Positions 48,164 to 56,827 of a DNA stretch of 64,000 nucleotides are shown piece after piece. Within the stretch, counting starts at the first letter, position 1. Each line of letters starts with the position of its first letter. A program made the translations under genes and the position numbers. The notes under the pieces are model-generated. The model saw nothing but the letters and a program-made list of their open reading frames with translations. It made no database searches and was not told the origin of the DNA. The stretch is from the IMG/VR virus record IMGVR_UViG_3300031658_000003; one strand, 5' to 3'. This stretch comes from an uncultured virus (IMG/VR IMGVR_UViG_3300031658_000003) (taxonomy: Duplodnaviria > Heunggongvirae > Uroviricota > Caudoviricetes).

Positions 48164-49363
48164 ATGAGTGAGTTAAATAGTGAATTGTTGAACGCTCTAC
48201 AGGCAATAGATACTGCCGGTGGTACGCTTAACCGAAAGCAAATTTCAGATGTGGCAGTGAGTCTCGGACTCGCCAAACAGGGTTCCGCAGTCGGCTATAT
48301 AGTTGGCAATTATGCGGTTGCTCGTGGCGTCTATGACGTTTCATTGCCCGCAAATTCTGTACCTGCACAAGCCCCAAAGCCTATTGCAGTCATACAGTCC
48401 AAATCACCTACCCAAGACCTGCCACAAGAAGCGGCAAGAGTCCTAACTCAGGCTAAATTATCGGTGACTATCGAGAACTTAATTCCTCCCACAGACAGTA
48501 CTTATGTTCCGTTTGGATTCTTTAAAGACCTGACTAGAATTGTCAAGTCTGGAATGTTTTATCCTACGTTTATCTCTGGTCTATCCGGTAACGGTAAGAC
48601 TATGATGGTCGAACAAGTTTGTGCAAAACTAGGGCGAGAAGCCTTGCGAGTCAATATCTCCATTGAGACTGATGAAGATGATTTGATTGGTGGCAATACA
48701 CTTGTCGATGGTAACGTAGTTTACCGAGAGGGTCCTGTTCTCACTGCAATGAAACGTGGTGCAGTACTAGTTCTGGATGAGATCGACCGTGGCTCTAACA
48801 AGCTAATGTGCTTACAAGCTATCATGGAAGGCAAGCCCTACTACAATAAGAAGACTGGTGAGATTGTCTCTCCTGAACCTGGCTTCAATATCATTGCTAC
48901 TGCGAATACTAAAGGTCGTGGATCAGATGATGGTAAGTTTATGGGTGCTCAGATATTAGATGAGGCATTCCTTGAGCGTTTTGCAATCACTGTCGAGCAA
49001 GAATATCCATCGGCTGTCCAAGAGAAGAAAATTGTTCTTGGTAAGATGCGAGTTGCCGACTGCATTGATGATACCTTTGCTACCAATTTGGTGACATGGG
49101 CTGAAGTGATCCGAAAGACTTTCTATGAGGGTGCAATCGATGAATTGATTTCTACTCGCCGACTGGAACACATTGTCAAAGCATTCTCAGTGTTTGGTGA
49201 TAAGATGAAAGCCATCGAGTTATGTGTAAACAGGTTCGATACCGACACCAAGCAAGCCTTCTTAGACCTTTACACTAAGGTTGATGATGAAGTATCAATG
49301 CCAGAGACAGAAAATGAGACATCCGAAACTGTCGAAGTCCAAAATACAGAGGTAAACTTCTAA
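48164..49363 (+). CDS. cobS: CobS-like MoxR AAA+ ATPase
   Basis: GLSGNGKT, LVLDEID, ATANTKGRG, EAFLERF, ISTRRL. Start moved to ATG 48164. Confidence 0.85.
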   Translation: MSELNSELLNALQAIDTAGGTLNRKQISDVAVSLGLAKQGSAVGYIVGNYAVARGVYDVSLPANSVPAQAPKPIAVIQSKSPTQDLPQEAARVLTQAKLSVTIENLIPPTDSTYVPFGFFKDLTRIVKSGMFYPTFISGLSGNGKTMMVEQVCAKLGREALRVNISIETDEDDLIGGNTLVDGNVVYREGPVLTAMKRGAVLVLDEIDRGSNKLMCLQAIMEGKPYYNKKTGEIVSPEPGFNIIATANTKGRGSDDGKFMGAQILDEAFLERFAITVEQEYPSAVQEKKIVLGKMRVADCIDDTFATNLVTWAEVIRKTFYEGAIDELISTRRLEHIVKAFSVFGDKMKAIELCVNRFDTDTKQAFLDLYTKVDDEVSMPETENETSETVEVQNTEVNF

Positions 49364-49596
49364 TGGCTATTATTGAACGCAAAGAGTATCATCAAATGAT
49401 ATGCTATTTCACCTATGACATTCCCGATGAGGATATCATTGAAAAATGGGGTAGCGTGAGTACCCTAGAGGATCTACTGGCAGAGTATGATGATGATGCC
49501 GTTGATTGGATGGCAGATTTTGGATTTGACCGCTATGATGATCTGTGGACAGATCGGAAAGGTGGTTATGAAATTGATTGGGAAATAAAAGTCTAA
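49363..49596 (+). CDS. Small acidic hypothetical protein
   Basis: TAATG coupling at both ends. Confidence 0.65.
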   Translation: MAIIERKEYHQMICYFTYDIPDEDIIEKWGSVSTLEDLLAEYDDDAVDWMADFGFDRYDDLWTDRKGGYEIDWEIKV

Positions 49597-49925
49597 TGGC
49601 TATTGAATATAGATTTAAAGAAGACAAGTTAATAGCGGAGTTTGTAAAGTACATTGATTCGACTTATGATGGTCACTATGGTCAAGGTGGACTACAGTCA
49701 TCTGAGATTATCGTAGACCGAGGACACGGACAAGGTTTCTTTCATGGAAACATCGACAAGTATAACGGTCGATACGGCAAAAAGGGTGACAGTCCTGCCG
49801 AATGGCGTAAAGACATTATCAAGATTATCCATTATGGATTTCTCGCCCTCTATGAACATGATAGAATCACCGCAGAAGAAGTACAAGAAAAAATCGATAC
49901 TGATACTTTCGGGGTTAAGAGTTAG
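49596..49925 (+). CDS. Conserved phage protein (DUF3310-like)
   Basis: YIDSTYDGHY, FFHGNIDKYNGRYGKK, DIIKIIHY. Confidence 0.6.
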   Translation: MAIEYRFKEDKLIAEFVKYIDSTYDGHYGQGGLQSSEIIVDRGHGQGFFHGNIDKYNGRYGKKGDSPAEWRKDIIKIIHYGFLALYEHDRITAEEVQEKIDTDTFGVKS

Positions 49926-49941
49926 GCTGTAGATCACCAGA

Positions 49942-50018
49942 ATCCGCAAGGATACCTCGGTAGTTATGTGTGTGACCTCTCTCTCAATTGCAAAGGCACA
50001 TAGCTATCGAGGTTTTTT
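49942..50018 (+). ncRNA. Candidate structured small RNA/terminator with an anti-Shine-Dalgarno loop
   Basis: ATCC-GCAA-GGAT tetraloop hairpin; 17-bp stem 49954-49970/49997-50013 (2 G-U pairs) plus a T-run; loop contains TGACCTCTCTCTCAA. Confidence 0.6.
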
Positions 50019-50022
50019 CTGT

Positions 50023-50030
50023 TATAAATA
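50023..50030 (+). promoter_or_regulatory. Late promoter
   Basis: TATAAATA after the hairpin. Confidence 0.75.
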
Positions 50031-50063
50031 GACTTAGACCTTAGCCCATTATGGAGAAAGAAT

Positions 50064-50426
50064 ATGGCATATGCCGCCAGAGTAGAACAAACAAGAACCA
50101 ATACTGACCAACACTGGTTTATATTTGATACTGATGTGGTTTCCAACTCGGCTACGGAAGCCAGAGGTGCCGCCTTGAAAGAATTTTTAGATTCTAAAGT
50201 AGCTGACAATACCATGGTAACCACACTAGAATTCTCAGATGATCACCTTTCTTGGACTTGGATAAATACCTTTCCGGACGAGGCAGCATTCAATGCCTTT
50301 GATGTAGACTGGCAGGCTTTCAAAGCATCTAGTCTAGATGGAATTGAGCCGTTTGAAGAGACGGTGTTTACGGACTGGCTGACTGCTACTGGTTCTACTG
50401 TGACAACAACATTTGTTACTACTTAA
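50064..50426 (+). CDS. Hypothetical late protein
   Basis: GGAG RBS, own late promoter, 120 aa. Confidence 0.6.
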   Translation: MAYAARVEQTRTNTDQHWFIFDTDVVSNSATEARGAALKEFLDSKVADNTMVTTLEFSDDHLSWTWINTFPDEAAFNAFDVDWQAFKASSLDGIEPFEETVFTDWLTATGSTVTTTFVTT

Positions 50427-50430
50427 ACTA

Positions 50431-50459
50431 TTGACATACCCCCAAATTTATTATATAAT
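50431..50459 (+). promoter_or_regulatory. Consensus sigma70 promoter
   Basis: TTGACA-17-TATAAT before gp45. Confidence 0.85.
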
Positions 50460-50491
50460 GATTGTAATGTTTATAACTGTGAGGAAGACCT

Positions 50492-51145
50492 GTGAAGATA
50501 TCAAAAGCAACGATGGAAGTTCTGAAGAATTTTGCTTCAATCAACAGCAATATTCTTGTCCGTAAGGGCAATGTTCTATCAACCATATCAACTGGCGTTA
50601 ACATATTCTGTCGTGCAGAGGTAACAGAAACCTTTGACCGAGAGTTCGCCATCTATGACTTGAATAGTCTACTAGCTTTACTGACCATGATGGAAGATAC
50701 TGATGTCGATTTCGGTGAAGACTGTATCACTATCAGTAAAGACACCAGTGAATTCAAATATTACTATGCTGATAAGACCATCATTGTGGCAGCCCCGGAT
50801 AAGACAATCGAGGTAGACAATCACTATGAATTCAATCTTACTGCTAAGATGATTGAAACCATGAAGCGAGCCGCATCTGTTATCTCTGCTCCTATGTTGA
50901 GTGTTGTGGCTAAGAATGGCAAGGTAGTGATGAGCGTTGGTGATCCTTCAACTCCTCGAAGTAATACATACACTCAAGAGATTGGTGAGTTTGATGGTGA
51001 TTTTGATTGCCGCATACCAATCGAGAACTTTAAAGTTATGAGTGGTGATTATGTCACTGTTCTAAGCAAGAAGAAGTTTATGTACTTGCACAATGACTCC
51101 GCACAATATTGGTTAGCACTTGATCCCAATTCACAGATAGGATAA
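50492..51145 (+). CDS. gp45: Sliding clamp gp45
   Basis: VLKNFASINSNI, FAIYDLN, YWLALD. Confidence 0.9.
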   Translation: MKISKATMEVLKNFASINSNILVRKGNVLSTISTGVNIFCRAEVTETFDREFAIYDLNSLLALLTMMEDTDVDFGEDCITISKDTSEFKYYYADKTIIVAAPDKTIEVDNHYEFNLTAKMIETMKRAASVISAPMLSVVAKNGKVVMSVGDPSTPRSNTYTQEIGEFDGDFDCRIPIENFKVMSGDYVTVLSKKKFMYLHNDSAQYWLALDPNSQIG

Positions 51146-51148
51146 AAG

Positions 51149-51757
51149 ATGAATATTGCAGTTGGAAATAGAATGCCCCTGGTGAAATGGAATACTAGGG
51201 TTCGTGATGAGACAGTAGAAGGTGATAACCCATATCGATGGGAGCACCTAACGACAGCGGATGTCTTCAAAGATAAAAGAGTGGTGCTGTTTTCATTGCC
51301 TGGAGCATTTACTCCTACCTGCACCACAAAGCAACTGCCTGGATTTGAATCACTGTACGATGATTTTATTGAATCTGGTGTGGATGAAATCTACTGCATG
51401 TCAGTGAATGATTCTTTTGTGATGAATGCTTGGTCTAGGTGGGCTAACATAAAGAATGTAAAAGTGATTCCTGATGGTTCTGGTGAATTTACTAGTGCTA
51501 TTAGTATGCTAGTCGATAAGGGTAATCTAACATTCGGTCAGCGATCTTGGAGATTTGCTATTCTGTGCAATGATGGTGTTATCGAGCAATCGTGGATAGA
51601 ACCTGGAATGTGTGACAATGCTCAAGATGATCCGTATGGAGAAACTGCACCCGAAAAGATATTAGAATATATACAACTAGAATCTCCTCTTGCTAAAGGC
51701 AGAGAACTGCAATTAACTTTGTTTGAAGGTCTTGACTCCAAAGATAAAATGAGTTAA
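51149..51757 (+). CDS. Peroxiredoxin (Prx5 type)
   Basis: FSLPGAFTPTC, SVNDSFVMNAW, PDGSGEF, RSWRFA. Confidence 0.9.
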   Translation: MNIAVGNRMPLVKWNTRVRDETVEGDNPYRWEHLTTADVFKDKRVVLFSLPGAFTPTCTTKQLPGFESLYDDFIESGVDEIYCMSVNDSFVMNAWSRWANIKNVKVIPDGSGEFTSAISMLVDKGNLTFGQRSWRFAILCNDGVIEQSWIEPGMCDNAQDDPYGETAPEKILEYIQLESPLAKGRELQLTLFEGLDSKDKMS

Positions 51758-51787
51758 ACTATTACTATATTATGAATTGGAGTTAGA

Positions 51788-52723
51788 ATGGAAAACAAAG
51801 AATTTTTATTCGTTGAGCGATATCGTCCACGGACACTAGATGAATGCATCTTGCCCGACTCTCTACTTGCAGTCTTCAAGAAGTTTGTTGCCGCCGGAGA
51901 GATCCCAAATATGTTGTTGTGTGGTACTGCTGGTACTGGTAAGACTACAGTAGCCCGCGCACTATGCACTGAATTGGGGTGTGACTATATTGTAGTCAAC
52001 GGCTCGGAAGAGTCTGGTATCGATGTCCTGCGTACCAAGATCAAGAATTTCGCAAGTACCATGTCGTTTGAAAACAAACCCAAGGTTGTCATTCTAGATG
52101 AAGCAGATTATCTAAATCCCAACTCTACTCAGCCAGCCCTGCGTGGGTTCATTGAAGAGTTCTCAAAGAACTGTAGGTTCATATTCACTTGCAACTTTAA
52201 GAATCGCATCATTGAGCCACTGCATAGCCGAACTACCGTAGTTGATTTCAAGCTGGACAAGTCAGAACGACCAGAAATGGCTGGAAGATTTCACAAGCGT
52301 ATGAAGTTCATCCTCGATGAAGAGGGCGTAAAGTATTCCGATAAGATACTAGCTGAACTGCTCAAGAAATATTTTCCAGATTATCGTAGGGTACTGAATG
52401 AACTTCAGCGGTACTCTGTTGGCGGCACAATCGATGAAGGTATTCTAAGTAATCTCGCGGAGATAAATACTAAGGGTTTAATCGATAGTCTTAAAGATAA
52501 AGACTTCAAGAAAATGCGTCAATGGGTTGCCAACAATGTTGATAGTGATCCACAAGGCATCTATCGTAAAGTTTATGACGCATTGATTGACAAAGTAAAG
52601 CAAGTACCACATTTGGTACTGTTGATTGCTGACTACCAATACAAAGCGGCATTCGTGGCTGATCAAGAAATCAATCTAACTGCATGTCTCGTAGACATTA
52701 TGGCAAGCGTGGATATGAATTGA
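51788..52723 (+). CDS. gp44: Clamp loader large subunit gp44
   Basis: ERYRP, GTAGTGKT, ILDEAD, PLHSR, FPDYRR. Confidence 0.95.
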   Translation: MENKEFLFVERYRPRTLDECILPDSLLAVFKKFVAAGEIPNMLLCGTAGTGKTTVARALCTELGCDYIVVNGSEESGIDVLRTKIKNFASTMSFENKPKVVILDEADYLNPNSTQPALRGFIEEFSKNCRFIFTCNFKNRIIEPLHSRTTVVDFKLDKSERPEMAGRFHKRMKFILDEEGVKYSDKILAELLKKYFPDYRRVLNELQRYSVGGTIDEGILSNLAEINTKGLIDSLKDKDFKKMRQWVANNVDSDPQGIYRKVYDALIDKVKQVPHLVLLIADYQYKAAFVADQEINLTACLVDIMASVDMN

Positions 52724-53487
52724 GTAGGTCAGAGCGTCTAGTATCAGTTGATCTTGAGATATCTAGCACCTGTCAGGCACGATGTAAGGTCTGTCAAAGG
52801 CAAGATGAATTTGGTAAATTAAATGATTTTGTGCAGACCACTAAGACTCTCGCTGAAGTTATATATATACTGGGCGATCTAGTAAAGCAACTTAAAAAGA
52901 TACATTTCTGTGGAAACTACGGTGACCCTATGGCATGTGAAGAAGTTGCTGATATATGTGAATGGTTAGTAGATCAGAATCCTGATATTAGAATTCACAT
53001 TGCTACTAATGGTGCGCTAGGCAAGCCAAAGACTTATGCTAGATTGGGAAAACTTGGAGTCAACATCACTTTTGGTTTAGATGGATCAACACAGAAATCA
53101 AATGAATTGTATCGGGTAAATGTTAAGTGGTCTGATGCAATGAAAAATTTGAAAGCATATTCAGAGACTAGCACAGCCAAAGATTCGGGCTGGCAATTCT
53201 TGTTATTTGAACAGAACAAAGAACATTTAGAGCCAGCAATTAAATTGGCTATAGAGTATGGATTATGTCAGATGTATATCAATGCGATGCCCAATCCATT
53301 TAGTTCTGGTATTATACCACTTATAAACAGTAATGCTATTATTGCAAATGATTCACCAATTCAGAAGCTGGACATGTATGACATCTCAGGTACCAAAATA
53401 TTATATCAATTAACACCAGCATTTGGAATGTCAGAAAAAATAAAACAATTGAAGGATAAATATGCCACAGACATGTTTTTCGTATAA
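52720..53487 (+). CDS. Radical SAM enzyme (core only)
   Basis: CQARCKVC (CxxxCxxC), FCGNYGDP, ATNG, FGLDG; probable TTG start overlapping the gp44 stop. Confidence 0.85.
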   Translation: MSRSERLVSVDLEISSTCQARCKVCQRQDEFGKLNDFVQTTKTLAEVIYILGDLVKQLKKIHFCGNYGDPMACEEVADICEWLVDQNPDIRIHIATNGALGKPKTYARLGKLGVNITFGLDGSTQKSNELYRVNVKWSDAMKNLKAYSETSTAKDSGWQFLLFEQNKEHLEPAIKLAIEYGLCQMYINAMPNPFSSGIIPLINSNAIIANDSPIQKLDMYDISGTKILYQLTPAFGMSEKIKQLKDKYATDMFFV

Positions 53488-53713
53488 CCATGACGATCCC
53501 ACCGATTTTTCTCAGAAAAATCTTCATGTGTTTATCTCATATGATAATCAGGTTTATCCGTGTTGCATGACTGGCGGCAACAGACTTGACGGAACACCAA
53601 TGGGAGAGAATACATTGCGAAGTGTGCTTGATGATGGATTGCTTGAAGCCAAGTACCATGATCGAATTGAGTCAGGTAATCCCAGCCAGTATTGTATAGA
53701 TACCTGCTCGTGA
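53462..53713 (+). CDS. Stand-alone SPASM/twitch-like Fe-S domain
   Basis: TC...VFISYDNQVYPCC...CIDTC; own AAGGA RBS. Confidence 0.7.
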   Translation: MPQTCFSYNHDDPTDFSQKNLHVFISYDNQVYPCCMTGGNRLDGTPMGENTLRSVLDDGLLEAKYHDRIESGNPSQYCIDTCS

Positions 53714-54519
53714 AAATATTCAAAACTGACATGAACATAACCAACGCTGATGAAAATATTGCACATGCTATAGCCGAACTGGTATGTGGCGGTACCTTTG
53801 TTGTATTACGCAATCAATCATTAACACTTGAACAACAATTCCAATTCTGCAATAAGATTGGTGTATGTCAGGAGTATACGGAGCAAGAAAGAACAAAGCA
53901 TATTGCATGTCATCCAAATATTCTTCGGGTTACTGGTGAGAAGAATGAACATGGCGAAGAAGGTCTATTTGGACATACCAGTGCATTAGATTGGCATGCC
54001 AACCAAGCGAGTAATCCTGACAGAGCACCATTGATTTGGTTACGTGCCGCCAAGGGCAGTCAAGGAAGTCAGACCAGTTGGATTAATATGATAGACGCAT
54101 ATGATGATCTGTCAGAAACTTGGAAGGAAAGACTGCATGAATGTACGATTACACTTGGTTATAAAAATGGCAACTATAGTGATAGTACTTTCTTTGTTGA
54201 TCATCATTCTACTGATAAACCTTTTAGGTTGGTGCATACGAATAGTTTTGGAAAGACTGGTCTCTACTTTCCTTTTCTTCAAATCTTTGGCATGCCCGGT
54301 AAATCGGATGAAGAATTTCGAGAAATAATGGAATATCTTACACAGCATGTTACACAGGAGAAGTATCAATATCACCATTTTTGGCAAGATGGTGATGTGG
54401 TAATATCAGAACAATGGTTAAGCATACATAAGAGATGGGAGTTTTCTGCAATGGAACAGCGGGTACTTCATCGAATCGCATTTGATTACTCAAGAGTTCC
54501 AAGCTTATGTCAGAAATAG
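53710..54519 (+). CDS. TauD/TfdA-family 2OG-dependent dioxygenase
   Basis: VVLRNQSLT, LDWHAN, TSWINMIDAY, WQDGDVVI, IHKR, RVLHR; probable GTG start (GTGA overlap). Confidence 0.8.
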   Translation: MKIFKTDMNITNADENIAHAIAELVCGGTFVVLRNQSLTLEQQFQFCNKIGVCQEYTEQERTKHIACHPNILRVTGEKNEHGEEGLFGHTSALDWHANQASNPDRAPLIWLRAAKGSQGSQTSWINMIDAYDDLSETWKERLHECTITLGYKNGNYSDSTFFVDHHSTDKPFRLVHTNSFGKTGLYFPFLQIFGMPGKSDEEFREIMEYLTQHVTQEKYQYHHFWQDGDVVISEQWLSIHKRWEFSAMEQRVLHRIAFDYSRVPSLCQK

Positions 54520-54674
54520 AAAAGACACCCGAACATAGAATCCTGCATTGCATCCAATGTGGACACAGAGCCCACGATTTGGGAATGCAAAAATTTTGGA
54601 TTGATCTTGCAAAAAGTATTGCATTAGATTATGATTTAGACTATAATGTACTAGTACAAAGAGTGACACACTGA
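54507..54674 (+). CDS. 55-aa hypothetical protein (not in the ORF track)
   Basis: MSEIEKTPEHRILHCIQCGHRAH...; TGATG overlap with the next ORF. Confidence 0.5.
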   Translation: MSEIEKTPEHRILHCIQCGHRAHDLGMQKFWIDLAKSIALDYDLDYNVLVQRVTH

Positions 54675-54823
54675 TGTGGAGATTGTGGGCTAAAGCTATC
54701 GGTGAGAAAGAAGGTACCACAGACGCAGAAGCAGATAAGATTGCAATAATACGCACAATTATTGTGTTAGTAAACTTCGGTACATGCTTCGTTATCATAG
54801 CAGGCAATATACATAACTGGTAA
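54674..54823 (+). CDS. 49-aa small membrane protein (not in the ORF track)
   Basis: MWRLWAKAIGEKEGTTDAEADKIAIIRTIIVLVNFGTCFVIIAGNIHNW; one hydrophobic segment. Confidence 0.65.
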   Translation: MWRLWAKAIGEKEGTTDAEADKIAIIRTIIVLVNFGTCFVIIAGNIHNW

Positions 54824-54830
54824 AATCTTC

Positions 54831-54859
54831 TTGACATCCTAGTCGAGATATTATATAAT
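54831..54859 (+). promoter_or_regulatory. Consensus sigma70 promoter
   Basis: TTGACA-17-TATAAT. Confidence 0.85.
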
Positions 54860-54884
54860 AGTGTTTTAACCTACAGGAAATTTA

Positions 54885-55262
54885 ATGAAAATTCAAGATG
54901 ACGTAGAAGATTTTATGATGGCAGCCAATCAAGTGGTTGAGAATGTTTTGCCCGCGTATGGAGTGGCACCGGCACAAGAAGACCTATATATGGATCTAAT
55001 CACGGAAGAATATGAAGAACTTGTTGAAGCATTTCAAAACAAAGATGTAATTGAAACTGCTGATGCAATTTGTGATATCATGTGGGTACTCAATGGTCTA
55101 GCCAGCACCCTTGGCATACCAGTCGAAGCATGTTGGAACGAAGTGCGCGACTCAAATCGCAGTAAGGTAGTTGAAGGCAGACTCATTAAGAATCACGATG
55201 GTAAAGTAATGAAGCCAGAAGGTTACTTCAAGCCTGATCTCCATAAAGTATTATTCACATGA
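54885..55262 (+). CDS. All-alpha NTP pyrophosphohydrolase (MazG/PRA-PH-like)
   Basis: LITEEYEEL, ETADAICD, EVRDSNRSK, DGKVMKP. Confidence 0.8.
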   Translation: MKIQDDVEDFMMAANQVVENVLPAYGVAPAQEDLYMDLITEEYEELVEAFQNKDVIETADAICDIMWVLNGLASTLGIPVEACWNEVRDSNRSKVVEGRLIKNHDGKVMKPEGYFKPDLHKVLFT

Positions 55263-55714
55263 GCCTGGAGAATCTTCTCGGTGTCAAAGCCCAAGTGGCT
55301 ATCGATTCAGAGACTTACAAGGTAAAGAAGAAAGCAATCAGCCCGTTTGATTTTGCGAACAGTATCAATTATACCAAAGAGAATCTGATTGTCGATGACT
55401 GGTCAGAGAAACAGTATAGTGCATTCATTGTCAATAAGGCAATGTCTTACTCAAAAGATACTGTGAAACTGGCTAATGAGATGAACTCTAGACCTCACAT
55501 CGATGCTAAATTGCAGTATGATTTCCTTAAAGGTATCGTGCGTAAAGCAAAGCGATACAACAAGTGGTTGAAGCCAGAGAAAGAAGAAAGACTCCAACTG
55601 ATTAAAGATTACTTTGGATACAATAATACCAAAGCGCAAGAGGCAATGAGAATCCTCACTAAAGATGACCTTATGAGAATCGAAAAACTTATGTCAAGGG
55701 GTGGTAAAGTCTAA
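55259..55714 (+). CDS. gp62: Clamp loader small subunit gp62
   Basis: PFDFANSIN, FIVNKAMS..DTV..ANEMN, LQYDFL, YFGYNNTKA. Confidence 0.9.
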   Translation: MSLENLLGVKAQVAIDSETYKVKKKAISPFDFANSINYTKENLIVDDWSEKQYSAFIVNKAMSYSKDTVKLANEMNSRPHIDAKLQYDFLKGIVRKAKRYNKWLKPEKEERLQLIKDYFGYNNTKAQEAMRILTKDDLMRIEKLMSRGGKV

Positions 55715-55718
55715 TTTG

Positions 55719-55726
55719 TATAAATA
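55719..55726 (+). promoter_or_regulatory. Late promoter before regA
   Basis: Intergenic TATAAATA. Confidence 0.7.
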
Positions 55727-55785
55727 CAAATGAAGATAAAAACTAACCTATAACATGACGTAAGTTTTCATAAGGCAGATTCATA

Positions 55786-56205
55786 ATGAGTGAGGATTTC
55801 TTTGATATTGATTTTCCTGGATATAGTCCACTGGAGATCAATCTAAAGAATGCAGATGATTTTTTAAAAGTCCGTGAAACACTATCCCGAATCGGGGTAG
55901 CTTCTAAGAAAGATAAAGTCCTGTATCAAAGTTGCCATATCTTGCACAAGCAAGGTAGATACTTCATCACGCATTTTAAAGAGTTGTTTGCCTTAGATGG
56001 TAAGGGTGCAGACTTCACTGAGAATGATATCCAGCGTAGAAATACAATTGCTAAGTTGCTGTCCGATTGGGGCTTGGTAGTTGTCATTAATTCTGAAGTA
56101 TTCTTTGAAGACATTGCACCACTGAGTCAGATAAAAGTATTAGCATTCAAAGAGAAAGATGATTGGTCTCTCGTTGCTAAGTATAATATAGGAAAGAAAC
56201 GGTAA
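55786..56205 (+). CDS. regA: Translational repressor RegA
   Basis: DDFLKVRETLSRIG, LYQSCHILHKQGRY, HFKELFALDG. Confidence 0.95.
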   Translation: MSEDFFDIDFPGYSPLEINLKNADDFLKVRETLSRIGVASKKDKVLYQSCHILHKQGRYFITHFKELFALDGKGADFTENDIQRRNTIAKLLSDWGLVVVINSEVFFEDIAPLSQIKVLAFKEKDDWSLVAKYNIGKKR

Positions 56206-56254
56206 AATACCGTTATGATTTTTTTGCATAAAGATTATCACCAGCATAGTCTTG

Positions 56255-56347
56255 TATAAATAAATCGTCAGAGACAAGAAATTGTTCTGACAAACCCGAG
56301 TTGCCGTAAGGAACTCATAACAACAACTCGCTGAAAAGGAGAGTAAT
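56255..56347 (+). promoter_or_regulatory. Late promoter plus structured 5' leader of hsp20
   Basis: TATAAATA at 56255-56262 followed by three GNRA-capped hairpins, the last pairing with the AGGAG RBS. Confidence 0.65.
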
Positions 56348-56827
56348 ATGGTACGCAAGTACAATGCAATGGATATAGGTAAAATTTTTGAAGATTGGAA
56401 GAGCCATTCAATAGGGTTCGACCGAATGTTTGACAACATGGCGACAGGAAGTTCTCCCGCGCCTTACCCACCCTACAACATAGTAAAAATCGATGAGAAT
56501 AGTTTTTCTATTCAAATCGCCGCCGCAGGCTTTCGTGAGGACGAGTTTAATGTCCATGTAGTTCCCGAAGGCAATCAGTTAATAGTGCAGGGTGTACAAG
56601 ACCGAGATGAGGACGAGCAAGAATACTACTTTAAAGGAATTGCCGCGAGGAACTTTACTCGCCACTTCACACTAGCAGATGGTGTTGAGGTCAAAGAAGC
56701 AGAATTCGTTGATGGTATGTTAAATCTCTTGCTCAATCGAAACTTGCCAGAAGAACAGAAACCCATTACAATTAAAGTAAACAAATCAATCGCATCTAAA
56801 AAGGAGCTGTTACAAGAAAGCCAATGA
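56348..56827 (+). CDS. Small heat-shock protein (Hsp20/IbpA-like)
   Basis: IGFDRMF, YPPYNIVK, AAAGF, KGIAARNFTRHF, DGMLNL. Confidence 0.92.
   Translation: MVRKYNAMDIGKIFEDWKSHSIGFDRMFDNMATGSSPAPYPPYNIVKIDENSFSIQIAAAGFREDEFNVHVVPEGNQLIVQGVQDRDEDEQEYYFKGIAARNFTRHFTLADGVEVKEAEFVDGMLNLLLNRNLPEEQKPITIKVNKSIASKKELLQESQ

Noticed and set aside
45761..49363. cobS/cobT as a cobalamin biosynthesis pathway
   Set aside because: No cobN or other cob genes in the window; a MoxR AAA plus vWA pair is common in T4-like phages and more likely chaperone-like
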